Positions 38,533 through 47,860 of a stretch of DNA of 58,419 nucleotides are shown here, piece by piece. Under the pieces are notes generated by a model. The model searched no databases, was not told where the DNA came from, and saw only the letters and a program-made list of their open reading frames with translations. This DNA comes from a virus (taxonomy: Duplodnaviria > Caudoviricetes), in the IMG/VR virus record IMGVR_UViG_3300016471_000965, positions 1-58,419 of that record; one strand, written 5' to 3'. The position numbers and the translations under genes were made by a program. The number at the start of each line of letters is the position of its first letter. Positions within the stretch are counted from its first letter, which is position 1.

Positions 38533-38898
38533 ATGGCAAACACCGGACGTTACGAAACCGCAGTCCTCAACCTCCTTCCCTCGAGCCCGAAGACCTGGGA
38601 GGCCGGGTACGTCGACCTCCTCTCGGCGGCCAGCGAGGTCGATCGCCTCACGGACCGGATCGTCGCGGACTCCAAGTCGATGGCCAGGAAGTTCGAGTCC
38701 TACGCGGCCGAGATCGCCGCTCGCAACGAGGGTTGGGATCCGACCGGGTACTCCACCCTCCGTGACATCGCGACGAACACGGCGAAGCTGGAGGTCGAGC
38801 GACGTCAAGTCCATTCTCTCGTAAGAATCTTCTTCGGCAAGGATGCCGCCAAGGCCTTTGCTGTGGCCCTCCTCGATGCGGCCAAGGATGCAGCATGA
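38533..38898 (+). CDS. leaderless cassette ORF
   Basis: promoter 38497. Confidence 0.7.
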   Translation: MANTGRYETAVLNLLPSSPKTWEAGYVDLLSAASEVDRLTDRIVADSKSMARKFESYAAEIAARNEGWDPTGYSTLRDIATNTAKLEVERRQVHSLVRIFFGKDAAKAFAVALLDAAKDAA

Positions 38899-39098
38899 GC
38901 CTGGAACAATTCCTCAAGTTGGCCCTCGAGCCACAACGCGGGGTACGTAAAGGCCAACACTTCGCCAATACGCTCGCCCGGCATCGGTACGAACTTTTCG
39001 AGAAGCTGCGGGAAGAAGGGTTGGATCCGTATTACGTGGACGGACTCCCCTGGGCTGTCATCGAATTTGTCAAGAACAACTGGGAGGAAGGAAACTGA
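38895..39098 (+). CDS. hypothetical protein (RKGQ.F.N.L...DPYY)
   Basis: AAGGA SD; ATGA coupling. Confidence 0.65.
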   Translation: MSLEQFLKLALEPQRGVRKGQHFANTLARHRYELFEKLREEGLDPYYVDGLPWAVIEFVKNNWEEGN

Positions 39099-39100
39099 GC

Positions 39101-39319
39101 ATGGACAACGACCACATCAACGACCTGATCACTCGGCTCCGGCAGTCCTCGACGCCGATGCACCTGCGTGAGGAGGCCATCGCGACGATCAAGTGGCTCC
39201 GCAACGCCCTAGAGGAGGTCCACATCTCTGCGAAGCAGAACCGTGATCGATCCGCCGAGCACATCTCGGGCATCGCTCTGGGCAAGCCCGGATACAGGGC
39301 AGGGGACATGGCAGTCTGA
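39101..39319 (+). CDS. hypothetical protein
   Basis: AAGGA SD. Confidence 0.6.
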   Translation: MDNDHINDLITRLRQSSTPMHLREEAIATIKWLRNALEEVHISAKQNRDRSAEHISGIALGKPGYRAGDMAV

Positions 39320-39525
39320 TGGAACTCCCGGGAAACCTCGATTCTCAAGCAGTCCAGGGAGCTCTGCTCCTCGTCGTTCTCGGACTTCTGGCGATCTTTA
39401 TCATGCTCGTTTAAGTTCATCAACGAAAAAAAGTTTTAGCGAGCAGTGTAAAGTTCAGCAAAGATAGTTTACAATTAGGATAACAACGCGGTATACCGCA
39501 TAACCACGGAAAAGGAAAGAACAAC

Positions 39526-40167
39526 ATGGAAATTCAGGAGAACAACCTCAACAACAAGCTCTCGGCGATCGACAAGGCCCTCGCGGCCGCAAAGGCTCGA
39601 AAGGCAGCGAAGGAGGGTACGTCATCTATCATTGACGTCGAATCACCATCACAGCCTGTCAAGGCTCAGAAGGTCAAGCTCTCCGATGAGGAGAAGGCTC
39701 AGAAGGTGGCGGATCGTGCCGCGAAGCAAGCGCAGCTGAAGGTGGAGCGTGAGGCTCGAAAGGCCGCAAAGCAGGCGGAAAAGTCATCAGGAAAGCCTGC
39801 CCACATGAAGAAGATCGACCGAGCTGCCGGCAAGCTTCCGTCTCTGACCGCATCAGCCCAGCTCCTCTTCAACGAGGCAACGACGAACTTCTCATCGGAG
39901 CAGATCGCCGCAATCTCACTCCATCTTCAACACTTCAACCGTGTCAAGGCAACGGAGCGTGCCCTGGGTCAGAAGCTGGCCACTGGCATGAACGTCAGGA
40001 TCGTCTCGGGTGACCCTCGGTTCATCGGAATGACCGGAACTGTCGCCAAGGCACAGCGGATTCGCTGCTACGTCACGATCCCAGGTGTGAAGAAGGACGT
40101 ATACTGCTTCACGTCGGATGTCGAGGTCACAGAGGCCTCAGTTTCGGCCACGGGCACCGAGGGGTGA
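39526..40167 (+). CDS. Lys/Ala-rich protein with C-terminal KOW/SH3-like domain
   Basis: promoter 39446 with leader and AAGGA SD; GMNVRIVSG...GMTGTV. Confidence 0.7.
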   Translation: MEIQENNLNNKLSAIDKALAAAKARKAAKEGTSSIIDVESPSQPVKAQKVKLSDEEKAQKVADRAAKQAQLKVEREARKAAKQAEKSSGKPAHMKKIDRAAGKLPSLTASAQLLFNEATTNFSSEQIAAISLHLQHFNRVKATERALGQKLATGMNVRIVSGDPRFIGMTGTVAKAQRIRCYVTIPGVKKDVYCFTSDVEVTEASVSATGTEG

Positions 40168-40213
40168 CAGGCTGATGGTCTACCAAGGGGCAATGTCCCA
40201 ATTGCCCTAGAAT

Positions 40214-40286
40214 CACCTCGTAGTTCAGTGGATAGAACGCGGGTTTCCTAAACCCGATGTCACAGGTTCAAATCCTGTCGGGGTGG
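40214..40286 (+). tRNA. tRNA-Arg(CCU)
   Basis: cloverleaf; anticodon loop TTCCTAA. Confidence 0.9.
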
Positions 40287-40330
40287 CGAATTCAGTGCAA
40301 AGTCTCTTCACCGTGAGGTAAGATAAGACC

Positions 40331-40558
40331 ATGAAGCTGTCACCCAAAGGTCAGGTTACCCTGCTGGCACACACGCTCTATCCCGGACGTGAGGTCATCA
40401 TCCTCGGTCACCGTCCCCGGCCCCGGGGAGGGAAGAAGCGCCCCTTCACGGTCCAACTCATCATGGACGGCAAGATCTTCATGACAGCCCAGGAACGTGA
40501 CCCCCGAACCGCCTACAAGACCCTCCAGATCAACCTCAGCAAAGGAAGCATCCTGTGA
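40331..40558 (+). CDS. leaderless cassette ORF
   Basis: promoter 40295. Confidence 0.7.
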   Translation: MKLSPKGQVTLLAHTLYPGREVIILGHRPRPRGGKKRPFTVQLIMDGKIFMTAQERDPRTAYKTLQINLSKGSIL

Positions 40559-40737
40559 CCAAAGACAAGCAGATCAGCGCCTACAACCGTCTCCAGGGAA
40601 CCATGGCAATCATCGACGAAATGATCCGGCTGTACGACGCTCCGGCTCCCGTGCTCGCCGAGCTCCTGATGGCCTACCAGGCCCTGAAGATGGCCCAGAA
40701 CAACCTGGGCTGGGATCCCGGCGAAAAAGTCGCCTGA
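40555..40737 (+). CDS. hypothetical protein
   Basis: GTGA coupling. Confidence 0.55.
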   Translation: MTKDKQISAYNRLQGTMAIIDEMIRLYDAPAPVLAELLMAYQALKMAQNNLGWDPGEKVA

Positions 40738-40792
40738 CGGTGCAAAGCGGAACTCGAACAGGGTAAGATAAGAAAGTCAAAGGAAACACAAC

Positions 40793-41902
40793 ATGACCAC
40801 GATGCAAGTCCGTACGTTCCTCAAGGTTGCTCCTCTCCTCCCCGGTGAGACCTCGGTCCTCCTGCGCGGTGCTCACGGCATCGGCAAGAGCCAGGTCGTC
40901 CGCCAGGTGGCCAAGCACTTCGGCCTCACGGTCATCGACCGCCGGCTCAGCCAGATGAGTGAGGGTGACATGATCGGCCTCCCGTCCACGGACGGTGAGG
41001 TCACCCGGTTCAATCCACCGGACTGGTACAAGCAGGCGTGTAGCAAGCCCGTCTGTCTCTTCCTGGACGAGCTCAACCGCGCGACCCCCGAGGTCATGCA
41101 GGCAGCGTTCCAGGTCGTCCTCGATCGCGAGCTCAACGGTTGGAAGCTCCACAAGGACACCCGGGTCTTCGCAGCCATCAACACCGGTGGCTCCTACACC
41201 GTCAACGAGATGGACCCGGCCCTCCTCGATCGTTTCTGGGCGATCGATCTGACCCCGGACGTCGAAGACTGGCTGGCATGGGCCAAGGAATCGGGACGGG
41301 TTCACGAGAACGTGGTCACCTTCATCGCCGGCAACGAGAAGTGGCTCGACCCGCCGAAGAACGGCGATCCCGGTGCGGTCTCCCCCAGCCGTCGGTCATG
41401 GGAGCGTCTCAGCAACGCTCTGAACATCGCCGGTGTGGCCGAGACGCCGGATGATCCGGTGTTCTATTCGCTCTGTCTCGGGTACGTCGGCACCGAGGCC
41501 ACCATCGCCTTCCACGGCTACGTGAAGACGATCGATGCTCAGGTCACCGGTGAAGAGATCCTCAACGATTATCCGAAGGTCAAGGCGAAGATCGCCCGCC
41601 TTGGGCAGGAGAAGCTCAACGTCGCGATCGAGAAGTTGGCCGACTACATCACGAAGAACGTGACGACCGTCGACGACAGCCAGGGACAGAACCTGAAGGA
41701 TTTCATGGAGAACCTTCCCGCAGAACTCCGGGTTGCGGCCTGGTCGAAGTTCACCGCTCACGGTGTCGACAAGTTGGCTCTGACGAAGAGCATTCACAAG
41801 TGGTGTGTCGGTTCGATCCTCGACGCCCTCAGCGTTCCGAAGGCAGACATCGACAAGGTCGAACAGACGACAATGGCCAAGAAGAAGGCCGCGAAGAAGT
41901 GA
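40793..41902 (+). CDS. MoxR-like AAA+ ATPase
   Basis: GAHGIGKS, LFLDELNRA, AAIN, MDPALLDRF, SPSRRSW. Confidence 0.88.
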   Translation: MTTMQVRTFLKVAPLLPGETSVLLRGAHGIGKSQVVRQVAKHFGLTVIDRRLSQMSEGDMIGLPSTDGEVTRFNPPDWYKQACSKPVCLFLDELNRATPEVMQAAFQVVLDRELNGWKLHKDTRVFAAINTGGSYTVNEMDPALLDRFWAIDLTPDVEDWLAWAKESGRVHENVVTFIAGNEKWLDPPKNGDPGAVSPSRRSWERLSNALNIAGVAETPDDPVFYSLCLGYVGTEATIAFHGYVKTIDAQVTGEEILNDYPKVKAKIARLGQEKLNVAIEKLADYITKNVTTVDDSQGQNLKDFMENLPAELRVAAWSKFTAHGVDKLALTKSIHKWCVGSILDALSVPKADIDKVEQTTMAKKKAAKK

Positions 41903-41911
41903 GGCGGCGAG

Positions 41912-42475
41912 GTGTCGGGATTCGATCCGCTGAGGTGGGAGAAGCGGGTTAGGTCCCGCCACCACAAGAGGACAAAGGTTGCGCCGCCCGAAAGGCGGCG
42001 CGACGAAGATCGACGACTGGCTGATGACCTCCGTTTCATCAAGGGAATTGAGGAGGTCGTCAGCTGGTGTTCTTTTCGTAGAATCAGTGTTGAATTCTAC
42101 AAAGGTTGCGGAGGCACGTACGATTCCAGCGATCGCACGATTCGCATCAACTCAAGGCAATCAATAGAGAAACAATTGTACGTGCTCTTGCACGAGTGTG
42201 GTCACCTTCTCATCGACGATCGGTCGGAAACAACAGGTTTTCGTTTTCGTCATGGTTATCATGCGCCAGATAGCGAGATTCGGCGAAGGTTCATCTACAA
42301 ATGTACCATCGTTGAGGAAGAACTCGAGGCCTGGCACAGGGGACGCAAGCTCGCTGGCAAGCTTGGAATCAAAATCAATGATGACGTTTTTTCTACGCTA
42401 AAGGCAACGTTCATCAAGTCATACATGAAGTGGGCTCTAGGTGATCCAGACTACAGGGCCAATGGCCCACGTTGA
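41912..42475 (+). CDS. zincin-like metallopeptidase (HExxH, ImmA/IrrE-like)
   Basis: LLHECGH...EEELEAW. Confidence 0.7.
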   Translation: MSGFDPLRWEKRVRSRHHKRTKVAPPERRRDEDRRLADDLRFIKGIEEVVSWCSFRRISVEFYKGCGGTYDSSDRTIRINSRQSIEKQLYVLLHECGHLLIDDRSETTGFRFRHGYHAPDSEIRRRFIYKCTIVEEELEAWHRGRKLAGKLGIKINDDVFSTLKATFIKSYMKWALGDPDYRANGPR

Positions 42476-42556
42476 CCCAGGAATAATTCCCATAATTAAG
42501 AGGATAAAACACTCATCGAATATTCTACGATTTGTTCGTGATACCTACATATCTAC

Positions 42557-43156
42557 ATGAGCAGTCGTAGCAAGAAGAAGAAGAGGCTGCGTAGTTTAAC
42601 CCACAAGGTTGAGCATCTCAGGCTTGAAGTTGAGGACCGAGACGAGACGGTAAAGGAATATGAATCAGAGTTCATGAAGGTATTGGCTGACGTGACAGAT
42701 GGTTCAATTTCTCAATCTGATCCAACACCACCTCCACAACAGATTAACGTTGGCGAGCCTTCGGGTGAATCGATAGTAAGTGGAAAGAAAACAGAAGAGC
42801 TTCCTGATGACATCAAGAAGGTCTGGAAAACGATTGCCTTGATGACACATCCTGATCGGACAAAGAACGACCCGGAGATGACAGAGCTTTATCTTGCCGC
42901 CGCTCGTGCTGCCGAAGAAGGTTCAGTGGATGAGATCCTTAGGATTGCTGCTGAGCTGAACATAGATGTCCCTGATGAATCACCGGTCATTGAGGCAAAG
43001 CTGGAATCACTTGCAGGAGAACTCGAGGAAAAGCTAAAGAACCTCGAGGGATCTGTCCTGTGGCAGTGGGGTAGATCCACACCTGAGGTCCGTGAGCGCA
43101 TCATGGACATGTTCATCAAGATGAAGGGTATGAAAAAAAAGATACCGGCAGTGTAA
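42557..43156 (+). CDS. J-domain-like (DnaJ) protein
   Basis: IKKVWKTIALMTHPD. Confidence 0.65.
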   Translation: MSSRSKKKKRLRSLTHKVEHLRLEVEDRDETVKEYESEFMKVLADVTDGSISQSDPTPPPQQINVGEPSGESIVSGKKTEELPDDIKKVWKTIALMTHPDRTKNDPEMTELYLAAARAAEEGSVDEILRIAAELNIDVPDESPVIEAKLESLAGELEEKLKNLEGSVLWQWGRSTPEVRERIMDMFIKMKGMKKKIPAV

Positions 43157-43193
43157 AGTTCACATCCCATTTGGTATGATATGGTTATAGGCC

Positions 43194-43607
43194 ATGGGAC
43201 TGAAGAAGAAGAAGGTCACCTGGAACGCGGGACAGGTATCAGAAAAGATCACCACATCCCGCCGACGATTGCCTCCTTATTCCCCCGAGCCCGATGTCAA
43301 AGACCCTGACCTGAGGGAATCGTGGAGAACCATTGAAGTGGGTCAGGCTCTGATCATTCTCACGGAGTCATTCTCTCAACCAGGAAGCAACCTGTTTCCA
43401 CACCCGATTGTGTATCCAAACCCAGGTGGTTGGAGCAACGAGAATCAATTCCTTCCAGGACACTTGGCGATCTACCTTGGTCAGACACACGTTCCTATGA
43501 TGGGTTCGAAGAACAGGATCATCTCAAAACCCTATCACACGGTGTTCTTCAACGGTGCAAAATACCTGGTCCACGATCCAAACACGATGAAACCCATCAC
43601 GGAGTGA
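43194..43607 (+). CDS. hypothetical protein
   Basis: promoter 43151. Confidence 0.6.
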   Translation: MGLKKKKVTWNAGQVSEKITTSRRRLPPYSPEPDVKDPDLRESWRTIEVGQALIILTESFSQPGSNLFPHPIVYPNPGGWSNENQFLPGHLAIYLGQTHVPMMGSKNRIISKPYHTVFFNGAKYLVHDPNTMKPITE

Positions 43608-43613
43608 AAAAAC

Positions 43614-43913
43614 ATGCAAGCCGAGCTAGAAAAGACAATCATGGATGAACTGGCGATCCTGTCACCCAAGCGAAACTTCGACGATTCGGTGGGTGAAAAG
43701 GTCCTGCAAGTGAAGCACGATTCCCAATGGATCGAGGTCACAACCGAGGTGTTCAGGTCGTGGACAGGCCTGCGTAGGATCAACGGTGAGGACCATCATG
43801 GACCTATCTACGGGTTCGGTACCCTCGACGATTCTGTCCCATACGCGGGATCAAGGGCTTGTGGTTGCAACAGGTGCCAGCACCACGTGGAGCCAAGGTT
43901 CAAGATGAATTGA
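43614..43913 (+). CDS. hypothetical protein
   Basis: GGAG SD; FRSWTG.RR.NG motif, C-terminal CxCxxC. Confidence 0.6.
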   Translation: MQAELEKTIMDELAILSPKRNFDDSVGEKVLQVKHDSQWIEVTTEVFRSWTGLRRINGEDHHGPIYGFGTLDDSVPYAGSRACGCNRCQHHVEPRFKMN

Positions 43914-43959
43914 TCTTGTGATACAAGACCCCCGGAGAGGGTGATAATATCTTCATCAT

Positions 43960-44041
43960 GCCCATGTGGTGAAATTGGTAAACACATTCGACTCAAAATC
44001 GAACGGCTTCGGCTTTGCCGGTTCGAGTCCGGCCTTGGGCA
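43960..44041 (+). tRNA. tRNA-Leu(CAA)
   Basis: anticodon loop CTCAAAA; long variable arm. Confidence 0.9.
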
Positions 44042-44055
44042 CTGATAATTGATAC

Positions 44056-44137
44056 GCCCGGATGGTGAAATAGGTAACCACATTCGACTTAAAATCGAAC
44101 GACGAAAGTCTTGCCGGTTCGAGTCCGGCTCTGGGCA
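44056..44137 (+). tRNA. tRNA-Leu(UAA)
   Basis: loop CTTAAAA; long variable arm. Confidence 0.9.
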
Positions 44138-44151
44138 CTCTCTGAAAACTT

Positions 44152-44224
44152 GCATCCGTCGCCTAATGGATAAGGTCGCAGTCTTCTAAACTGTCTTATG
44201 TAGGTTCGAATCCTACCGGATGCG
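44152..44224 (+). tRNA. tRNA-Arg(UCU)
   Basis: loop CTTCTAA. Confidence 0.9.
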
Positions 44225-44286
44225 CTAAATTCTTGGATACAATCCAGGCATTTGAAATACAATATAAAAGTTGACAACATAACTTT

Positions 44287-44361
44287 GCGGGGGTAACTCA
44301 ATGGTAGAGTCCCAGTTTTCCAAACTGATTGTTGCGGGTTCGAGTCCCGTCCCCCGCTCCA
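44287..44361 (+). tRNA. tRNA-Gly(UCC)
   Basis: loop TTTCCAA; encoded CCA. Confidence 0.9.
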
Positions 44362-44362
44362 T

Positions 44363-44449
44363 GGAGAGATGTCCGAGTGGCTTAAGGAGCAACATTGGAA
44401 ATGTTGTGTGCTATAAAAGGCACCCAGGGTTCGAATCCCTGTCTCTCCG
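44363..44449 (+). tRNA. tRNA-Ser(GGA)
   Basis: loop TTGGAAA; long variable arm. Confidence 0.9.
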
Positions 44450-44455
44450 CGAAGA

Positions 44456-44542
44456 GGAGGAATGGCTGAGTGGCCTATAGCACACGCTTGCTAAGCGTGC
44501 GTGGGATAAAACCCACCAAAGGTTCGAATCCTTTTTCCTCCG
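44456..44542 (+). tRNA. tRNA-Ser(GCU)
   Basis: loop TTGCTAA; long variable arm. Confidence 0.9.
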
Positions 44543-44543
44543 C

Positions 44544-44615
44544 TGGGGTGTGGTGTAATGGCAACACGCCAGACTTTGAATCTGTCCGATGTAGGTTCGA
44601 ATCCTGCCGCCCCAA
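44544..44615 (+). tRNA. tRNA-Gln(UUG)
   Basis: loop CTTTGAA. Confidence 0.88.
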
Positions 44616-44656
44616 CAAAGTTTACTAAGTTCGAATTTTGCATATAGTTATATAGC

Positions 44657-45256
44657 ATGAAGTGCGAATTTAGTAATTGTAACGTTGATCACGATAAATC
44701 ATTTGGTTCTGGTAGATTTTGTTCTTTGAAATGTTCGAGGGCTTTTTCTACTGCAGAAAAAAGAAAACAGATTAATGAAAAAGTTTCTAAAACTTTAAGT
44801 AGAAACAAAAAAACATTAGCTGATTTAGTTTATTCCGGTAGTATAACAAAAGAAATATTCGAAGCATCATGTAAGAATTCTAAAAGATGGTCAGAAGTCT
44901 TTAGGGACCTTAACGTTCAAAAAAGTGGAACTTCTTACGAATTTGCTCAACGTTGTATCAAAGAATGGAATATCGATGTTGCCCATTTCGCAAAGCCTTT
45001 TAATCCGCTAGATCGTCTAACGATCAGACCTAATCAACCAAAAGGTAGACTACGAGATTACCTCATAAAAATTGGTCGTGAGTACAAATGTGAAGAATGT
45101 GGATTGATGGACATATGGAACAACAAGAAGATAACACTTCAAGTTGACCATGTCAATGGGACTAACTACGATCACCGTCCAGAAAATCTTCGTTTCCTAT
45201 GTCCGAATTGTCACTCACAGACTGATACATTTTGCTGGAAAAATGCTAAAAAGTAG
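44657..45256 (+). CDS. HNH homing endonuclease-like protein with N-terminal Zn-binding module
   Basis: CEECG...LQVDHVNG..D.RPENLRFLCPNCHSQT. Confidence 0.88.
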   Translation: MKCEFSNCNVDHDKSFGSGRFCSLKCSRAFSTAEKRKQINEKVSKTLSRNKKTLADLVYSGSITKEIFEASCKNSKRWSEVFRDLNVQKSGTSYEFAQRCIKEWNIDVAHFAKPFNPLDRLTIRPNQPKGRLRDYLIKIGREYKCEECGLMDIWNNKKITLQVDHVNGTNYDHRPENLRFLCPNCHSQTDTFCWKNAKK

Positions 45257-45265
45257 ATAAATTTT

Positions 45266-45340
45266 GGTCCCGTCGTCTAAAGGTCAGGACACGGCGCTTT
45301 CAATGCCGTTATTGGAGTTCAAGTCTCCACGGGATCGCCA
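45266..45340 (+). tRNA. tRNA-Glu(UUC)
   Basis: loop CTTTCAA; encoded CCA. Confidence 0.88.
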
Positions 45341-45379
45341 ATCGGTGCAAACCGATCTTTGCTTGATGTATTATAAACT

Positions 45380-45610
45380 ATGAACAACGTTATCTCCCTT
45401 GCGGACAGGACCGAGACCTGGACGGTGTCTTACGTGCAAGGTGACTTCAAGGCTCATGTATCTTCCAGGGGTCGGATCAAGCTCATGATGGGAGACAACG
45501 TCGTCACGATGGACACGTTGGAGTCAGTGGACTTCATGGGCCGGGTGTCCAAGGCCTTTGAGGACGAGTTCAACGTCCTGTTCACCGATGCAACCCGTTG
45601 CACTACTTGA
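45380..45610 (+). CDS. leaderless cassette ORF
   Basis: promoter 45345. Confidence 0.65.
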   Translation: MNNVISLADRTETWTVSYVQGDFKAHVSSRGRIKLMMGDNVVTMDTLESVDFMGRVSKAFEDEFNVLFTDATRCTT

Positions 45611-45646
45611 GTATCCAATTCGAATGAGGTGATATATAATCCATCA

Positions 45647-45829
45647 ATGCGGTGGATACTTCTCATCACCTTGACTGGTTGCACCTGGGACTTACCCAAA
45701 GCACAACCAAGACACGTAAAGAAGGAGCAGTGCATCAAGATCGTCAACGGCAGGTACATGTACATCGACGATTGCAAGTACTGGGGGCACATCCCCTCCT
45801 CAGACGCAGACACAACTTTGCCACCTTAG
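45647..45829 (+). CDS. small lipoprotein
   Basis: MRWILLITLTGC; stop lies inside the tRNA-Thr 5' end. Confidence 0.5.
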   Translation: MRWILLITLTGCTWDLPKAQPRHVKKEQCIKIVNGRYMYIDDCKYWGHIPSSDADTTLPP

Positions 45830-45895
45830 CTCAGTCAGTAGAGCAGGACCCTTGTAAAGTCCCGGTCGCTGGTGCAATTCCGGCAGGTGGCTCCA
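45820..45895 (+). tRNA. tRNA-Thr(UGU)
   Basis: loop CTTGTAA; non-canonical T-loop TGCAATT; CCA. Confidence 0.85.
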
Positions 45896-45910
45896 TATAT
45901 AGTAACGTTA

Positions 45911-45981
45911 GGGCCGGTAAGCTAATGGGAAACTGTCGCCTTTGCACGGCGATCTTGTCAGTTCGATTCTGACTCGGTCCA
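45911..45981 (+). tRNA. tRNA-Ala(UGC)
   Basis: loop TTTGCAC; G3:U70 pair. Confidence 0.85.
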
Positions 45982-46023
45982 CTAAATTTTGGCACTCAAC
46001 CAAATGAGCTAATACTTATATCC

Positions 46024-46677
46024 ATGAAAGAATGGATTTGCGATTTTTGTGGAAAGGTTTTTCAATGTTCTAGAAAAATGAGAGGACATAAATCATCTCA
46101 TACTAGACGCCCTAGAGGACCTTCAAAAGAAACGCTAGCAGGTACTTCGGTTACCGCAAAACGTAGATTAGCAGCACAACAAACAACATCACACGAATGT
46201 AAGTGGTGCGGAAAATCATTTAAGTTTGGACATCAACTAGGGGGACATATAGCCTGCTGCAAATTAAACCCTAATTGCGAAAAAAATCTTGCAATCATTC
46301 AAGCAGCAAATTCATTAAGAAAAATACCTCTTGAAAAAAGAAAAAAAGACACGCTTTATCACTATAGAATGTGTTGCGTATTTAAGTTTAATCTCGCAGA
46401 TTATCCAGAAGAATTTGATTTCTCATTGATAGAAGAGCATGGGTGGTATTCTGCGAAGAATCGTGGTAACAATCTTAACGGAGTTTCTCGTGATCACATA
46501 GTTTCCGTAAAATATGGTTACCAAAATAACATTGATCCAAACATAATTTCTCATCCTGCAAATTGTCGATTAATGCTACATGGGTCAAACGTGTCTAAAG
46601 GCGAAAAATGTGGAATGACAGTTGAACAACTTAAAGAAAAAATTAGACAATGGGATGAAAAATATTTAGGTCAGTAG
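46024..46677 (+). CDS. C2H2 zinc-finger + HNH-like endonuclease
   Basis: CDFCGK...H...H, CKWCGK; SRDHIVS...HPANCRLM...N..K. Confidence 0.75.
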   Translation: MKEWICDFCGKVFQCSRKMRGHKSSHTRRPRGPSKETLAGTSVTAKRRLAAQQTTSHECKWCGKSFKFGHQLGGHIACCKLNPNCEKNLAIIQAANSLRKIPLEKRKKDTLYHYRMCCVFKFNLADYPEEFDFSLIEEHGWYSAKNRGNNLNGVSRDHIVSVKYGYQNNIDPNIISHPANCRLMLHGSNVSKGEKCGMTVEQLKEKIRQWDEKYLGQ

Positions 46678-46741
46678 CTCAGTTGGTTAGAGCACCACCC
46701 TGATAAGGTGGGGGTCGGCAGTTCGACTCTGCCCTGACCTA
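46668..46741 (+). tRNA. tRNA-Ile(GAU)
   Basis: loop CTGATAA. Confidence 0.9.
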
Positions 46742-46769
46742 CAAGGTTCGTCTCAACAACAAAGGAAAC

Positions 46770-46967
46770 ATGGAAAAGAAGAAGAAGCGTGCAGCGTCTG
46801 GGGACTTCGTCACTCGCGACAATGCAGAAGGTTCATGGATGGTGACGGGCATCGTATTCAATTACGAACTGAACAAGCATCAGGCTCGGGTCATCAAGGT
46901 CGGCAATCCCGACACTGTCAACTTCGTGGAGCCCGAGACGCTGACGGTGATCGAAAAGAAGTTCTGA
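46770..46967 (+). CDS. small SH3-like protein
   Basis: AAGGA SD; SGDFV. Confidence 0.6.
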   Translation: MEKKKKRAASGDFVTRDNAEGSWMVTGIVFNYELNKHQARVIKVGNPDTVNFVEPETLTVIEKKF

Positions 46968-47017
46968 AAAAAGAACCGGCCGTTTACTGGTTCGAATTGT
47001 TGTATATATTTATATAC

Positions 47018-47725
47018 ATGAATTGTGAATGCTGTGAACAACAACACGATGGAAAGTACGGATCTGGTAGATTTTGCTCCAAGACTTGTTCGAGGAGATT
47101 TTCTACAAAATCAAAAAGAAAAGAGATCAACGAGAAGATAAAGAAATCCTTGAGCGGAAAAGATCTATGGAGAAATAGACCAAGATTAATTCTCGAAGAA
47201 AAATTCTGCGCTTATTGTAAAGCCTCTTTTTCAACAAAAAAGAAACATCAAAAGTTTTGTACGCATAATTGCGCAATTAAATCGCAACATGAAGATCCAG
47301 AGACCATAGAAAAATGGCGGTCTTCTAGGTTAAAAGAAATTGAAAAAGGCAATATTGGGTATGGAATCAAAGCAGAATATAACGGAATTAGATGCGATTC
47401 AGCGTTAGAATACGCTTTTCTTAAATGGTATCTAGGTCAATACCCTAACGCAAAAATAAAAAGATTCAAAGGATATCTGGAAGGCGAAGGCATCAAGTAC
47501 CAACCAGACTTTATCATCGACGATAAAATCATTGTTGAAGTTAAGTACACCTCTCCGTACATCGGTGATAAACTTTCAGAGAAATGGAAGACATACGTTT
47601 CGACTCAGGAAGCAAAGAAGAAGCTACTGTCTAATCAAGAACACCTCTGGATAACTGAAAAAGATATTGGATATAAATTCTATAGAGAATGTCTTAAAGA
47701 AATAAAAGCTTCAAAAGTTGTGTAA
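47018..47725 (+). CDS. Zn-module + PD-(D/E)XK (TnsA-like) endonuclease
   Basis: DSALE...YQPDFII...IVEVK; N-terminus homologous to 44657. Confidence 0.78.
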   Translation: MNCECCEQQHDGKYGSGRFCSKTCSRRFSTKSKRKEINEKIKKSLSGKDLWRNRPRLILEEKFCAYCKASFSTKKKHQKFCTHNCAIKSQHEDPETIEKWRSSRLKEIEKGNIGYGIKAEYNGIRCDSALEYAFLKWYLGQYPNAKIKRFKGYLEGEGIKYQPDFIIDDKIIVEVKYTSPYIGDKLSEKWKTYVSTQEAKKKLLSNQEHLWITEKDIGYKFYRECLKEIKASKVV

Positions 47726-47759
47726 AGTCTTAGATTGATATGGTAATATAAAAACAAAT

Positions 47760-47833
47760 GGGGTCGTCGTCTAGCGGCTTGACACCTGACTTTTAATCAG
47801 TTCTAAACGTGGGTTCGAATCCCACCGGCCCCA
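47760..47833 (+). tRNA. tRNA-Lys(UUU)
   Basis: loop CTTTTAA; promoter 47720. Confidence 0.85.
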
Positions 47834-47860
47834 CAAAAACAAAATTCACTGGAGGATATC

